Shown in pieces: positions 1 to 8,475 of a DNA stretch of 29,994 nt. The notes beneath the pieces are model-generated. The model saw only the letters and a list, made by a program, of their open reading frames with translations. It searched no databases and had not been told where the DNA came from. Origin of the DNA: a plasmid; the sequence record NZ_CP084005.1; one strand, 5' to 3'. Position numbers and translations under genes: made by a program. Position 1 is the first letter of the stretch; each line of letters starts with the position of its first letter.

Positions 1-131
1 CGTCCGACACATTCGATGCGGGGGCGTTTTCTCCCTCCCTGTCGCCTCGAGAAGAGCAGTTTGTTCGACTGCTGCTCAAAGGGAAAACGCCGGCGGAAAT
101 TGCCAGGGAGACGGGTACGAAGCCATCGACG

Positions 132-1298
132 GTGCGAACAACGCTTCACCGAGCATACGGGAAGGCATCGGTTGCGGGCTCACGCGAGCTGGTGGCGCTG
201 TTTGCGGGTGGGGGCGATACTGTAGGGCATGAGCTACCGCAGCGGCATGCTGACGATATAGTGGCATCAGCTCGAACGCGCCGGCTGTTTCGATACCTGC
301 TCACATTATTCTTTATCCTCCTTGCGGCGGGGCCCTTGGTAATGGCGGATAGCGATTGGGGGTCCGGTGTTTCGCGGGCTGTCGCCTTTTCCCTCTTAAG
401 CTACGCATTGGGTCTCGGACTGCTTCTGTCGCTACGCTACGCGGGTGGAAAAGCGAATCGTGGCGCTGCGCTGGATAGAGCGGGTGAAGCGATTTGGCTC
501 GGAAGCCCGTACGTATGGGCGGTGCTGTCTGCCGTGGAATGGTCTTTTATCTATATCGCGGCATTGATGTGCATACGCGTTCCGTTGATGGCTGCGCCGG
601 TCCTGCTGTGCGGCGTGGCATCTACGGTCTCGCTCGCCGTTGGGCTGCGTCCGTTTAAGGTGCATGCCCGTGTCCGGGCTATCGTGCCGTTGGTGTCAAT
701 AGGTGTCGCTGCTTCAATCTATGCGGCCAGTAGGGGGCGAATCCATGGGTTCGCGGTGCTGACGGGGATGTTGCTCACATACATAGTGCTGCGTAGCTGT
801 CCGCAGCGCAAAATGCTTGGGATATGGATGCTTTGCTTCGGGGCGACGGCTCCTGTTTGGGCTGTCTTGCTCAACATGGCGCAGGATCTGACGGTTTTCG
901 AGCCGTTGTTCCTCGCGTCGTTGCTGGGGCAAAGTTCGGCCGTCAATGTCGTCGTGGCAACGGTGGTCGTCTGCTGGTCTGTGCCCATGTTCGTCACGCA
1001 CATCGCGCTCGCCCGCTCGGTTGAGGACGAGAAGGCCGTCTTGGAGTACCGGGCGAACGGGTCCACCGAAACGGCCCGCGTGCGCCAGCTGGCCCTGCTT
1101 ACGTCGCGCTCCCTTTCTGATGTTCAGTCGAAAATTTTGCTGATGACGGCAGAGGGGGCAACGACAAAGGCCATTGCGCAGGATGTCGGTTACGCTGCAT
1201 CTACGGTGCAAGCGCTGCGATCCGCGTCCTATCGCCAGTTGAAGATCAAGAACAAAGCAGAGCTTATTTCATTGTTATCGCAGGTAGATAACGTGTAA
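132..1298 (+). CDS. Membrane-anchored LuxR-family transcriptional regulator (polytopic N-terminal membrane domain plus C-terminal LuxR-type HTH). The true start is uncertain because the frame is open to the window start; ATG 342 is the first in-frame ATG after the upstream HTH.
   Basis: Several hydrophobic helices (LLTLFFILLAAGPLV, IYIAALMCIRVPLMAAPVLLCGVASTV, IVPLVSIGVAASIYAA, etc.). They are followed by a C-terminal LuxR HTH motif, SDVQSKILLMTAEGATTKAIAQDVGYAASTVQALRSASYRQLKIKNKAELISLL. The same frame upstream (nt 3-200) encodes another LuxR HTH, LSPREEQFVRLLLKGKTPAEIARETGTKPSTVRTTLHRAYGKASVAGSRELVALF, with no intervening stop. Confidence 0.6.
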   Translation: MRTTLHRAYGKASVAGSRELVALFAGGGDTVGHELPQRHADDIVASARTRRLFRYLLTLFFILLAAGPLVMADSDWGSGVSRAVAFSLLSYALGLGLLLSLRYAGGKANRGAALDRAGEAIWLGSPYVWAVLSAVEWSFIYIAALMCIRVPLMAAPVLLCGVASTVSLAVGLRPFKVHARVRAIVPLVSIGVAASIYAASRGRIHGFAVLTGMLLTYIVLRSCPQRKMLGIWMLCFGATAPVWAVLLNMAQDLTVFEPLFLASLLGQSSAVNVVVATVVVCWSVPMFVTHIALARSVEDEKAVLEYRANGSTETARVRQLALLTSRSLSDVQSKILLMTAEGATTKAIAQDVGYAASTVQALRSASYRQLKIKNKAELISLLSQVDNV

Positions 1299-1407
1299 AC
1301 GCCTGGATTATCAACTCAATAGCGAGTGTTTACAGACATCTTTCTCCATTCATGCAAAGGTTACCGTGCGTCGACGCATTGTTAGCCGCTTTTGATTGGA
1401 GAAGGCC

Positions 1408-1920
1408 ATGATTAAGCCAAGGAGCGCTATTGCTCGAATCGGAGTCGGCTTGGCGATTGCTGCGGGTCTGTCCCTAGGGGTTCCCGCTGCATCGTTCGCG
1501 CAAGAGGAGTTTGACACCTCTCAGGTTTCCAGCATTACTCAAAACGCCGATACGGGAATTACGACCTGTACGAACAATGCCGATAGGGCATTTAGTTTTC
1601 AATGTGCCGGGACGAGTGCAACTGGCTACCGTCAAAAGGATGATTCCTCATCGCTCTATCTGGATATCCAAGGTTATACGGGAAATCCGCTTCGGTTATA
1701 TACAGACGGTGCGTATAACACAAGCGGTAGCGGCAGCATGAATTGTACTCAGGGAACGTATCGTTCGAATCACAAGGGACAGTGGGAAATGTATAACCTC
1801 GTCCGTGAGAACGGGCGATCTGCGGCGCGACTGACTGCATGGGCGGAGTCTGGCTACGGCACTGTTATTGGTGTATGGAGCCCCGACTGCGTCGGGCATT
1901 TCCGCAAGCTTCCCGCATAG
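1408..1920 (+). CDS. Secreted hypothetical protein (Sec signal peptide, 4 Cys, Gly/Ser/Thr-rich mature part); possible bacteriocin-like or accessory protein for the downstream ABC transporter
   Basis: ATG 1408 preceded by GGAGAAGG; N-terminal MIKPRSAIARIGVGLAIAAGLSLGVPAASFAQ (AxA cleavage-like); directly upstream of permease/ATPase genes. Confidence 0.5.
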   Translation: MIKPRSAIARIGVGLAIAAGLSLGVPAASFAQEEFDTSQVSSITQNADTGITTCTNNADRAFSFQCAGTSATGYRQKDDSSSLYLDIQGYTGNPLRLYTDGAYNTSGSGSMNCTQGTYRSNHKGQWEMYNLVRENGRSAARLTAWAESGYGTVIGVWSPDCVGHFRKLPA

Positions 1921-1974
1921 TTGTTTGAATTGGCTCCCTTCCGGCTTTCTGGGTCGGAAGGGGGAGGAGGACGT

Positions 1975-2856
1975 ATGAACCAAAGGCTCGTAAGATATGA
2001 GCTGTCGAAAACGATAAGACGCCCAGCTTTTATCTTTGCTCTCTTGATTGCAGTCGCAGTTGCAATAGCTGCTGCGCTGGAGCCGTGGGCAAATTTGGAA
2101 AAAGAACGTCACAACCTTCTTTCTTTTGGTTACGGCGTTGGCATGCAAGCCAAAAACTATCTCGGTCAAACACGTGAAAGCAGCTTCGGTAACTGGATTG
2201 TTGTGAGCGCGAACGCGCCACTGTCTGCGTCGGTGTTTTTCTATGCACTGCCCCTGCTTGCAATGTTGGCCGGATCTTGGTCGTGCCTCTTTGAGCGTTT
2301 GAGTGGTTATGACATGCAGATATGCACGCGCGTTTCCAGAAAGGCATACGTGAACGTAAAGGTGCTGTCTGCTTTCCTCTCCGCGTTTACAGTGACTGCC
2401 ATTCCTCTGCTCGTCAATTTCCTGATTGTCTCGATGCTTTTTCCTGCGTATCTTCCTCGGGTCGATGAGTCGACCTACGTAGGGCTTTACCTGCATAGCT
2501 ATTTCTCCGGTCTATTTTATTCACATCCTTTGTTATATGTGCTTGCATACACGCTGTTCGATGCGGTCACGCTCGGGACTTTATCCATGGCTGTAACTGG
2601 CTTCTCAATTTTGTTTCGTAGCAGAATCAAAGCGATAATTGTCCCGTATCTGCTAATGGTTGCGTGGCATTTTGCAAATGGCTGGATCTTCGGCGTAATG
2701 GCTTGTGTGGGGTTTAACTGCAATATCTTCAACAGCATCAGGTCGGAATCGCTGAATAACTGGCCAGACATTCGAGCCGGTTTTGCGGAAATCATATTAT
2801 TGACCCTTGCTTCGTTGGCTTTTTCTGGGGCGTGGAAAAGGCGGGAGATGGTCTGA
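1975..2856 (+). CDS. ABC-2-type transporter permease-like membrane protein (6 predicted TM)
   Basis: ATG 1975 behind strong RBS GGGGGAGGAGG; multiple hydrophobic helices; stop TGA overlaps next start (TGATG at 2854-2858). Confidence 0.55.
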   Translation: MNQRLVRYELSKTIRRPAFIFALLIAVAVAIAAALEPWANLEKERHNLLSFGYGVGMQAKNYLGQTRESSFGNWIVVSANAPLSASVFFYALPLLAMLAGSWSCLFERLSGYDMQICTRVSRKAYVNVKVLSAFLSAFTVTAIPLLVNFLIVSMLFPAYLPRVDESTYVGLYLHSYFSGLFYSHPLLYVLAYTLFDAVTLGTLSMAVTGFSILFRSRIKAIIVPYLLMVAWHFANGWIFGVMACVGFNCNIFNSIRSESLNNWPDIRAGFAEIILLTLASLAFSGAWKRREMV

Positions 2857-3692
2857 TGCTGTTTAGGCTGGTCGCCGCGGACCTGAGGACCGTTTTGAAG
2901 AAGAACATCATTACCTTTATTGCGATTGCGGCAGTGACCGTTGCGAACCTGGTGTACGCCTACGGTTTGTCTTCTGTGTATGGGGTCAGGACGGATGCCT
3001 TGGGGTTTGCGGACAATCTTGCGCTCGTGTTTGCCGGATCTGCTCCGTTTGAGCCTAGGCCCGGGGTCATGTTTGTGCCTCCGCTAGGATGGCTATTTCT
3101 CATTCTGCTTATTCTCTATACAACACTCGATTATCCCGCCGAATCGTTGCACGGGTTTGGTTTGCAAACGCTTGTCCGATGCCGGGCGAGAACCCTTTGG
3201 TGGGTCTCGCGTTTTATCTCAGTGGCGGCGATAACAGCATTTTCGCTGCTCGTGGTGGTTTGCTCTGTTGTGATTTGGAGCTTGATGGTGAGTGCCTCGT
3301 TCAGCGCGGTCATCCATGGCGAGTCGCTTCAGCTGGCTAATTTGGCGCCGTGGTTTCTCAAGGCGAGCGAAGCAGGTGCACTGCCGTTTTTCGCAGGTCT
3401 CTTTCTTGCTTTTGAGGCGCTTGCGTTTGTGCAGGCAACGGTTGGGTTTGTGCTTGGGCCGTCAGTTTCATTTGCGGTTGTAATGAGCTACCTGATCTGT
3501 TCGGCATATGCGCGGCATTGGGCGCTACTGGGAAATGCCTTGATGCTGTTGCGCTGGGGTGGAATCGTCAAAGAAGGAATTGCGACGGGCTCGAGTGGCT
3601 TGTTTTCAATTGTGATTATGTCGTTATGCCTATCGTTGGGTGGACTGTGGTTTCGAAGGGCCGACCTTATCGAAAAGAGGGACAAGATATGA
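2856..3692 (+). CDS. Second ABC-2-type permease-like membrane protein
   Basis: In-frame ATG 2856 overlapping upstream stop; polytopic hydrophobic protein; stop overlaps ATPase start (ATGA at 3689-3692). Confidence 0.55.
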   Translation: MLFRLVAADLRTVLKKNIITFIAIAAVTVANLVYAYGLSSVYGVRTDALGFADNLALVFAGSAPFEPRPGVMFVPPLGWLFLILLILYTTLDYPAESLHGFGLQTLVRCRARTLWWVSRFISVAAITAFSLLVVVCSVVIWSLMVSASFSAVIHGESLQLANLAPWFLKASEAGALPFFAGLFLAFEALAFVQATVGFVLGPSVSFAVVMSYLICSAYARHWALLGNALMLLRWGGIVKEGIATGSSGLFSIVIMSLCLSLGGLWFRRADLIEKRDKI

Positions 3693-4333
3693 GTGTGATC
3701 GTTAGGGACGTATCGAAGCGCATGGGCAAAAACGATGTCCTGCGCAACGTGTCTATCGAGGTTGACCCTGGGACTGTGGTCGGGCTTCAGGGGATAAACG
3801 GTTCGGGCAAGACCATGCTCATGCGAGCGGTCTGCGGATTGATTAGACCTACCGAGGGCGAGATCATTATCGATGGCCAAAGGCTTGGGGCGGACATCTC
3901 GTTCCCGCCGAGTCTGGGGATGTTGATCGAGGCGCCTTCCTTTTTGGGATATCTGTCTGGCTACGACAATCTGGAACTCATCGCTCAGATCAAGGGCGTT
4001 GCCACCCCCGAGGACATTCGCTCTGCCCTGCGGCTCGTGGGGCTCGATGCAGACGAAAAAAAGAAGTTCCGAGCATACTCGCTTGGGATGAAGCAGCGTC
4101 TGGGGATAGCTGCGGCGATTATGGAGAAGCCGAAGCTGCTTGTTCTCGATGAGCCAACGAATGCCCTCGACGAAGCGGGCGTGGAAATGCTCAAGCGCGT
4201 TGTGGCGATGGCGGCATCAACGGGTCGCGAGGTCCTTCTGTCCAGCCATGACGGAGAGGTGCTCGAGGAGCTGGCCGATCGGGTTTACTGCATGCGCGAC
4301 GGTGCCGTTGTGGAAGTTCGGGAAAGGTCGTGA
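3689..4333 (+). CDS. ABC transporter ATP-binding protein (ABC-2/lantibiotic-immunity-like ATPase, about 214 aa)
   Basis: Walker A GINGSGKT, signature YSLGMKQRL, Walker B LLVLDEPTNALD, H-loop SSHD; RBS AAGAGGGA 6 nt upstream of ATG 3689. Confidence 0.85.
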   Translation: MSVIVRDVSKRMGKNDVLRNVSIEVDPGTVVGLQGINGSGKTMLMRAVCGLIRPTEGEIIIDGQRLGADISFPPSLGMLIEAPSFLGYLSGYDNLELIAQIKGVATPEDIRSALRLVGLDADEKKKFRAYSLGMKQRLGIAAAIMEKPKLLVLDEPTNALDEAGVEMLKRVVAMAASTGREVLLSSHDGEVLEELADRVYCMRDGAVVEVRERS

Positions 4334-4338
4334 GCGCG

Positions 4339-4998
4339 ATGAAGAAGACCCTGTGGACGAGAAGATCGGCGCTCGCGCTTTTTTGCTGTGCTGCTGCCGG
4401 CCTTGCGGGCATGAGGGTGAGCGTCGTTAACGGGAACCGGACGGTCATTCCTGAGAAATATTACGCGGAGGGCGAATGGCTCTCGATGGATGGAGCGTTT
4501 CTGGGATCGAAGGATGTGGTGACTGATGGGTATTCGTTTTGCATAGACGGGGCAGAACTACTCACGCCGCGCGAGTATCTCAAACGAGCACATGACGATT
4601 ATTCAAAATATGGCACCGTGGATACGAAAACGAGACTGAAGGATGCCGACATCACGTGCGTTATCGCCGTAAAGATGCGTGTCAGAAATAGGGATAATAT
4701 CGACGGTGGAATCAAAGCGTATGTTTGGCATCTGGTTCCGGAGTCTGCGCCAAACTATGACTTTGTGGTCAATACCGATCTGATAACGCAGGCAATGCCG
4801 GTGCTGGGCGGTTCTGCTGCGTTTGCTGTACAGGTTGGGGCGGAGAACGAGTTGCTCGTCCCATTCATGATGCAAAACACCAACGACTATTTCGAAGGTT
4901 ACGAGACCGTCCGTTTTGAGAAGGCTTTTCCCGGGACCTATACGATGAAGATGACCGATCTGCCAGAGAGAAGGCTCTTAAGGTTTGAAGTGAAGTAG
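4339..4998 (+). CDS. Secreted hypothetical protein (signal peptide MKKTLWTRRSALALFCCAAAGLAG)
   Basis: ATG 4339 immediately after ATPase stop; hydrophobic N-terminal signal; no recognisable catalytic motif. Confidence 0.5.
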   Translation: MKKTLWTRRSALALFCCAAAGLAGMRVSVVNGNRTVIPEKYYAEGEWLSMDGAFLGSKDVVTDGYSFCIDGAELLTPREYLKRAHDDYSKYGTVDTKTRLKDADITCVIAVKMRVRNRDNIDGGIKAYVWHLVPESAPNYDFVVNTDLITQAMPVLGGSAAFAVQVGAENELLVPFMMQNTNDYFEGYETVRFEKAFPGTYTMKMTDLPERRLLRFEVK

Positions 4999-5574
4999 CT
5001 CGAAGATCCCGCAGTTCGCGACGAGCTCCTTGCGCGCCGCGGCTACGCAAGGGAGATTCGCAACCGCTATGCCGGCTCCGTTCCCGATGCCGGTGACGAC
5101 CGCGTCCGCGCCACCGGCCAGGCGCACGGCGGTGGCGCCGTGTCGCGACAGATGGACGATCGCGTCGTCGATCGCGGTGACTACTCGCGCGGCGACACGC
5201 CCCGCTAGTTTTGAACTGTCCTGCCCTAGCGCGTTGCAATTCAATCAGCTGTTACAGAATCCTGGAAGAAAGGGTCGAACCGAAGTGTCTGGCCGGACGC
5301 CAATTGTCCGGGAACTGCTTCTGGTTCGGCCCTCTTTTACTTTACTTCCATGGCCGTGCAGCGGTCTAGTACTCCTTGACCGGATGCTTCTCACCGAAAC
5401 CACCGTCGATGCCGAATCGGCACAGCCTGTCGATGGCACGAAGATGCTCGTCGATGGCGGTTGCGATCTGGGTGTCGACCTCGCTGTCGTGGTCGTTGAG
5501 ACCGCGGACCGCCTCGTCGGCGGCCATGAAGGCCTTGATGGCCTGATTGAACTGAGCCCTAAAGATGTCGAGCG

Positions 5575-6094
5575 TGTGACCGGGGTTGTCGCGTCGCCGT
5601 TTGAGGCTCAGCTGTCCTTATTGCTTGCGACGCCGCGCGTCGCCGGTGGCGAGGGTCTCAGATCCTTTAGCAACAATGCTCGCATTGTCCTTTCGGGCAA
5701 GGCAGCGCGTTTGGCCGGGCGCTACAACTGCTATGCAGACTTCCTATTTGAGGAGACGGGTGACAAGAAGCCGCTTGTCGTCGAGTGCCAAGGCAGGCTT
5801 GTGCACGGTGGGGCCGATGCCGCAATGTCGGATTCCGATCGCGCCACCGCATTGCAGCAAATGGGTTTCAACGTCATGTTGCTGACGTATCAGCAAATCG
5901 CCGATGAGAAGAACTTCGAGATAGTGAAGCGCATGTTGTTTGAGGAGATCGGCTTGGAGTATCGCGAGAAGACGGACGCCAGCTTGATGCGCAGCGCAGT
6001 CTTCGTCGCGAGCTCTTTATCGATTGGAACACGCTGGGGCGCTAAAGTTTCCGAGCCTTGCCCTTACCTCTGCTCTTGCGAAACCTTGCAGTGA
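5575..6094 (+). pseudogene. DUF559 / Vsr-like endonuclease-fold domain protein, probably a truncated remnant (N-terminal extension of ORF 5030..6094 looks spurious)
   Basis: C-terminal YADFLFEETGDKKPLVVECQGRLVHGGADAAMSDSDRATALQQMGFNVMLLTYQQIADEKNFEIVKRM resembles the conserved DUF559 core (DFLWPE..RLVVEVDG..H......D.RRD..L...G..VLRF); no clear start/RBS. Confidence 0.35.
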
Positions 6095-6554
6095 ATATAA
6101 GGGGCGTTGCAATAAGCAATAGTTCGAATGCAACAGCGCCGACAATCATCGCCTTGCAGTCGTCGGACAACGGGTTAAGGGCCGCAAGCAGCGAGAAAAC
6201 GCCGCACTCGAGCTCAAACCAGGCCACCGAGCGAGCACTTGCGAGATACCAAGCATCCTTCTCGTCGCTCTCGAGACCGGCAGGCTGGTTCCAATGCTCT
6301 GGACTGACCAGATGGAGAACGAGGGCCAAAAGCGCGATGCAAGCCAGCATGACAATAGGGAGGAGCAACAGCTCGACAGAAGAGCCCCAGCGGTTCGGCT
6401 GCATGTCAACGCCGTAGTGGACGGGGACCTTCTCTCCGGTGGGCACTGCTGCGATAGCAAAACCTGTCAGCACGACGCTGCAAGCGCCGGTTAGCCACCC
6501 CATCGCTTCTACTATGCGAACATCCTTTGTTATCCATGGCGCTTTTTTGGGCAT
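6042..6554 (-). CDS. DUF1648/SdpI-like membrane protein
   Basis: N-terminal TM then VPVHYGVDMQPNRWGSS motif typical of DUF1648 (IPIHWN..GE.D..GSK), followed by 3 more TM helices; RBS GAGAAGGAGGGG upstream of ATG 6554. Confidence 0.45.
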   Translation of the reverse strand: MPKKAPWITKDVRIVEAMGWLTGACSVVLTGFAIAAVPTGEKVPVHYGVDMQPNRWGSSVELLLLPIVMLACIALLALVLHLVSPEHWNQPAGLESDEKDAWYLASARSVAWFELECGVFSLLAALNPLSDDCKAMIVGAVAFELLLIATPLIFTARFRKSRGKGKARKL

Positions 6555-6903
6555 AACCCCTCCTTCTCAACTGCGGAGGCTCGGTCTGCCATCTCGCGCT
6601 CGAGCCGATGTACGACTTCCATTAAATCGCTCATGCTATTCCTTTCCCCCGGGTGTTCTGTCTAATATATCGCCCCGTGCGGACACGATTCTCACCTAAG
6701 GAATGGCAATGGTGTGTTCATAAACACGCAGATAGACGACTTAACAGGATTCGATTTACGGGGCGATTGAAGCTGTGGTGGTGCGGATGCCCCGACCCGC
6801 GGCACGACTTAACCGCCGTTATGTTAGCGACATGTCTAACATAACGGCGGCGCAGGGCGCTCACTCCCTGCGGCAACGCCGATTCCGGGAAGGCACGCCG
6901 GGG

Positions 6904-7185
6904 CTATGCCGACCTGAGTATCCTCTCGGCCTTCTCGATCGCGGCCGAGCGCAGGAACTCCGACTTCCGCATCCCGCACGCGGCGGCCGCCCTTTCGATG
7001 AGGTCGGCGCCCGTCTTTGGGCACTTGAAAGACAGGTTGGCGTTGGCCTCCACCTCGGAAAGCCTGGGGCGGCCGACTCGGAGGTTCACCAGGCTCCCCT
7101 CCCAGGAGCCGGATTCGTATTCCGCGCACTCGCGCTCGATGTCCTCGTCCGTGATAACGGATCCGTTTGCAAGCCTGTACTCCAT
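6904..7185 (-). CDS. BrnA-like ribbon-helix-helix antitoxin (type II TA)
   Basis: C-terminal RHH signature GRPRLSEVEANANLSFKCPKTGADLIERAAAACGMRKSEFLRSAAIEKAERIL; RBS AAGGAGAGG; start ATG overlaps toxin stop (TGATG). Confidence 0.55.
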   Translation of the reverse strand: MEYRLANGSVITDEDIERECAEYESGSWEGSLVNLRVGRPRLSEVEANANLSFKCPKTGADLIERAAAACGMRKSEFLRSAAIEKAERILRSA

Positions 7186-7451
7186 CAGTAACCTCTCCTT
7201 CTCGCGTTCTCGATCTCCCTCAGCGTCTTCTTGCTCGGCGGCGTCATGGCGTGGTAGACGAGCCACGCGCCGTCGGCCAGGAGGACACCGACCATCTCGA
7301 TGTACCGGCCTTGCGGGTCGTAGCCCGTTCGCATCTCGCGCTCCCCGGGGATGCGGACGGCCGCGAAGCAGTAGCTCTCCCACGCCGCCTCGACATCACC
7401 GTCATCTAGCTCGGGGTGCCGCTCGTGAACTCTCTGGTGTATCCGGACCAT
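7185..7451 (-). CDS. BrnT-like (DUF497) toxin, putative ribonuclease
   Basis: About 88 aa; ...GRYIEMVGVLLADGAWLVYHAMTPPSKKTLREIENARRRGY resembles DUF497 C-terminus (GRLLVVV...IRIISAR.ATKKERR.Y); toxin-first gene order as in brnTA. Confidence 0.45.
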   Translation of the reverse strand: MVRIHQRVHERHPELDDGDVEAAWESYCFAAVRIPGEREMRTGYDPQGRYIEMVGVLLADGAWLVYHAMTPPSKKTLREIENARRRGY

Positions 7452-7665
7452 GAGCCTCCAATCTTCACGATAATATTCTACTACTATTTGGTAGTAGAAT
7501 ATTAGGCATTCCAACATATTCCATTGGCCTTTCGTCCCAAAACGTATGCCTCTGGGCACTCGAAAATCGAACCCTCGATGCCGTGAACGTCGAGTGCCAA
7601 AACCCAGTGTCAAAACCTCCGCGTCAATTCCCATGGGAAAATCAAATACGAGACAGGAGGCTGAA

Positions 7666-8250
7666 ATGACACGTTACGGATATGCTCGCGTGAGCACGAA
7701 AGACCAGAGGTTGGACCGCCAGATCGAGGCTCTGGTGAACGCTGGCGTGGCCTATGGCCATATCTACAAGGACAAGGTCACGGGTGCCCAGGACGGCGAC
7801 CGGACGCAGCAGAAGCGCCTGTTCAAGAAGATGCGGGCGGGCGACGAGGTGGTGGTCGAATCCTGGGAGCGCTTGACCAGATCGACCAGGCAGCTGCTCA
7901 ACTATGACCTTATGTTTCGAAACCTCGGCGTGAAGCTCACGTCCCTGAAACAGCCCGTGGATCTAGATACCGCATTCGGGCGCTTCGTGCTTGGCACCCA
8001 TGCTTGCACCGCGGAACTTGAGCGAGATCTGATCAGGCAACGCCAGGCCGAGGGTATCGCCGTCAAACGGAGCCACGGCGGCAACGTGGGTGGCAGGCCT
8101 CGCACTGCCGGCGTCAAAGCCGATGCCGCAGTAAGGCTCTATCTTGGAGGAGAGACTCCTATTCCCGATATTTGCGCTGCGACTGGCGTCTCCAAATCAA
8201 CGCTGTACCGCATCCTTCGTGAACGCGGATTGGTGGGCGTCAGGAAATAA
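7666..8250 (+). CDS. Small serine recombinase (resolvase/invertase family) with C-terminal HTH
   Basis: MTRYGYARVSTKDQRLDRQIEAL catalytic-Ser motif; C-terminal ICAATGVSKSTLYRILRERGL HTH; RBS GACAGGAGG before ATG 7666. Confidence 0.85.
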   Translation: MTRYGYARVSTKDQRLDRQIEALVNAGVAYGHIYKDKVTGAQDGDRTQQKRLFKKMRAGDEVVVESWERLTRSTRQLLNYDLMFRNLGVKLTSLKQPVDLDTAFGRFVLGTHACTAELERDLIRQRQAEGIAVKRSHGGNVGGRPRTAGVKADAAVRLYLGGETPIPDICAATGVSKSTLYRILRERGLVGVRK

Positions 8251-8475
8251 GTCCGTCTGTCGTTTCGCGATTTGCCTAATAGGCCCGAGTGCGGCGGCGT
8301 TACTATATAAGGGTGCGGTATTTCTCTAACCGAAAACCTGCGTGAACGCATGACTTGAGACGCCTTTCTAGAACTCACCGATCGCAGGAAAAAGACAACT
8401 CAACAGCGGCCGTGCATTGTTCCCAGCCATATGGCATGGCGGAGCCATGCCCGTTGTTGATTGGAGTGCCGCATC

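Noticed and set aside
4978-5527. Minus-strand ORFs 4978-5244 (TTG start), 5245-5439, and a 53-codon ATG ORF at 5366-5527
   Set aside because: There are no convincing RBS or domain motifs. The region looks like decayed sequence between the transporter operon and the DUF559 remnant. The 53-aa ORF has natural-looking composition but cannot be supported without conservation data.
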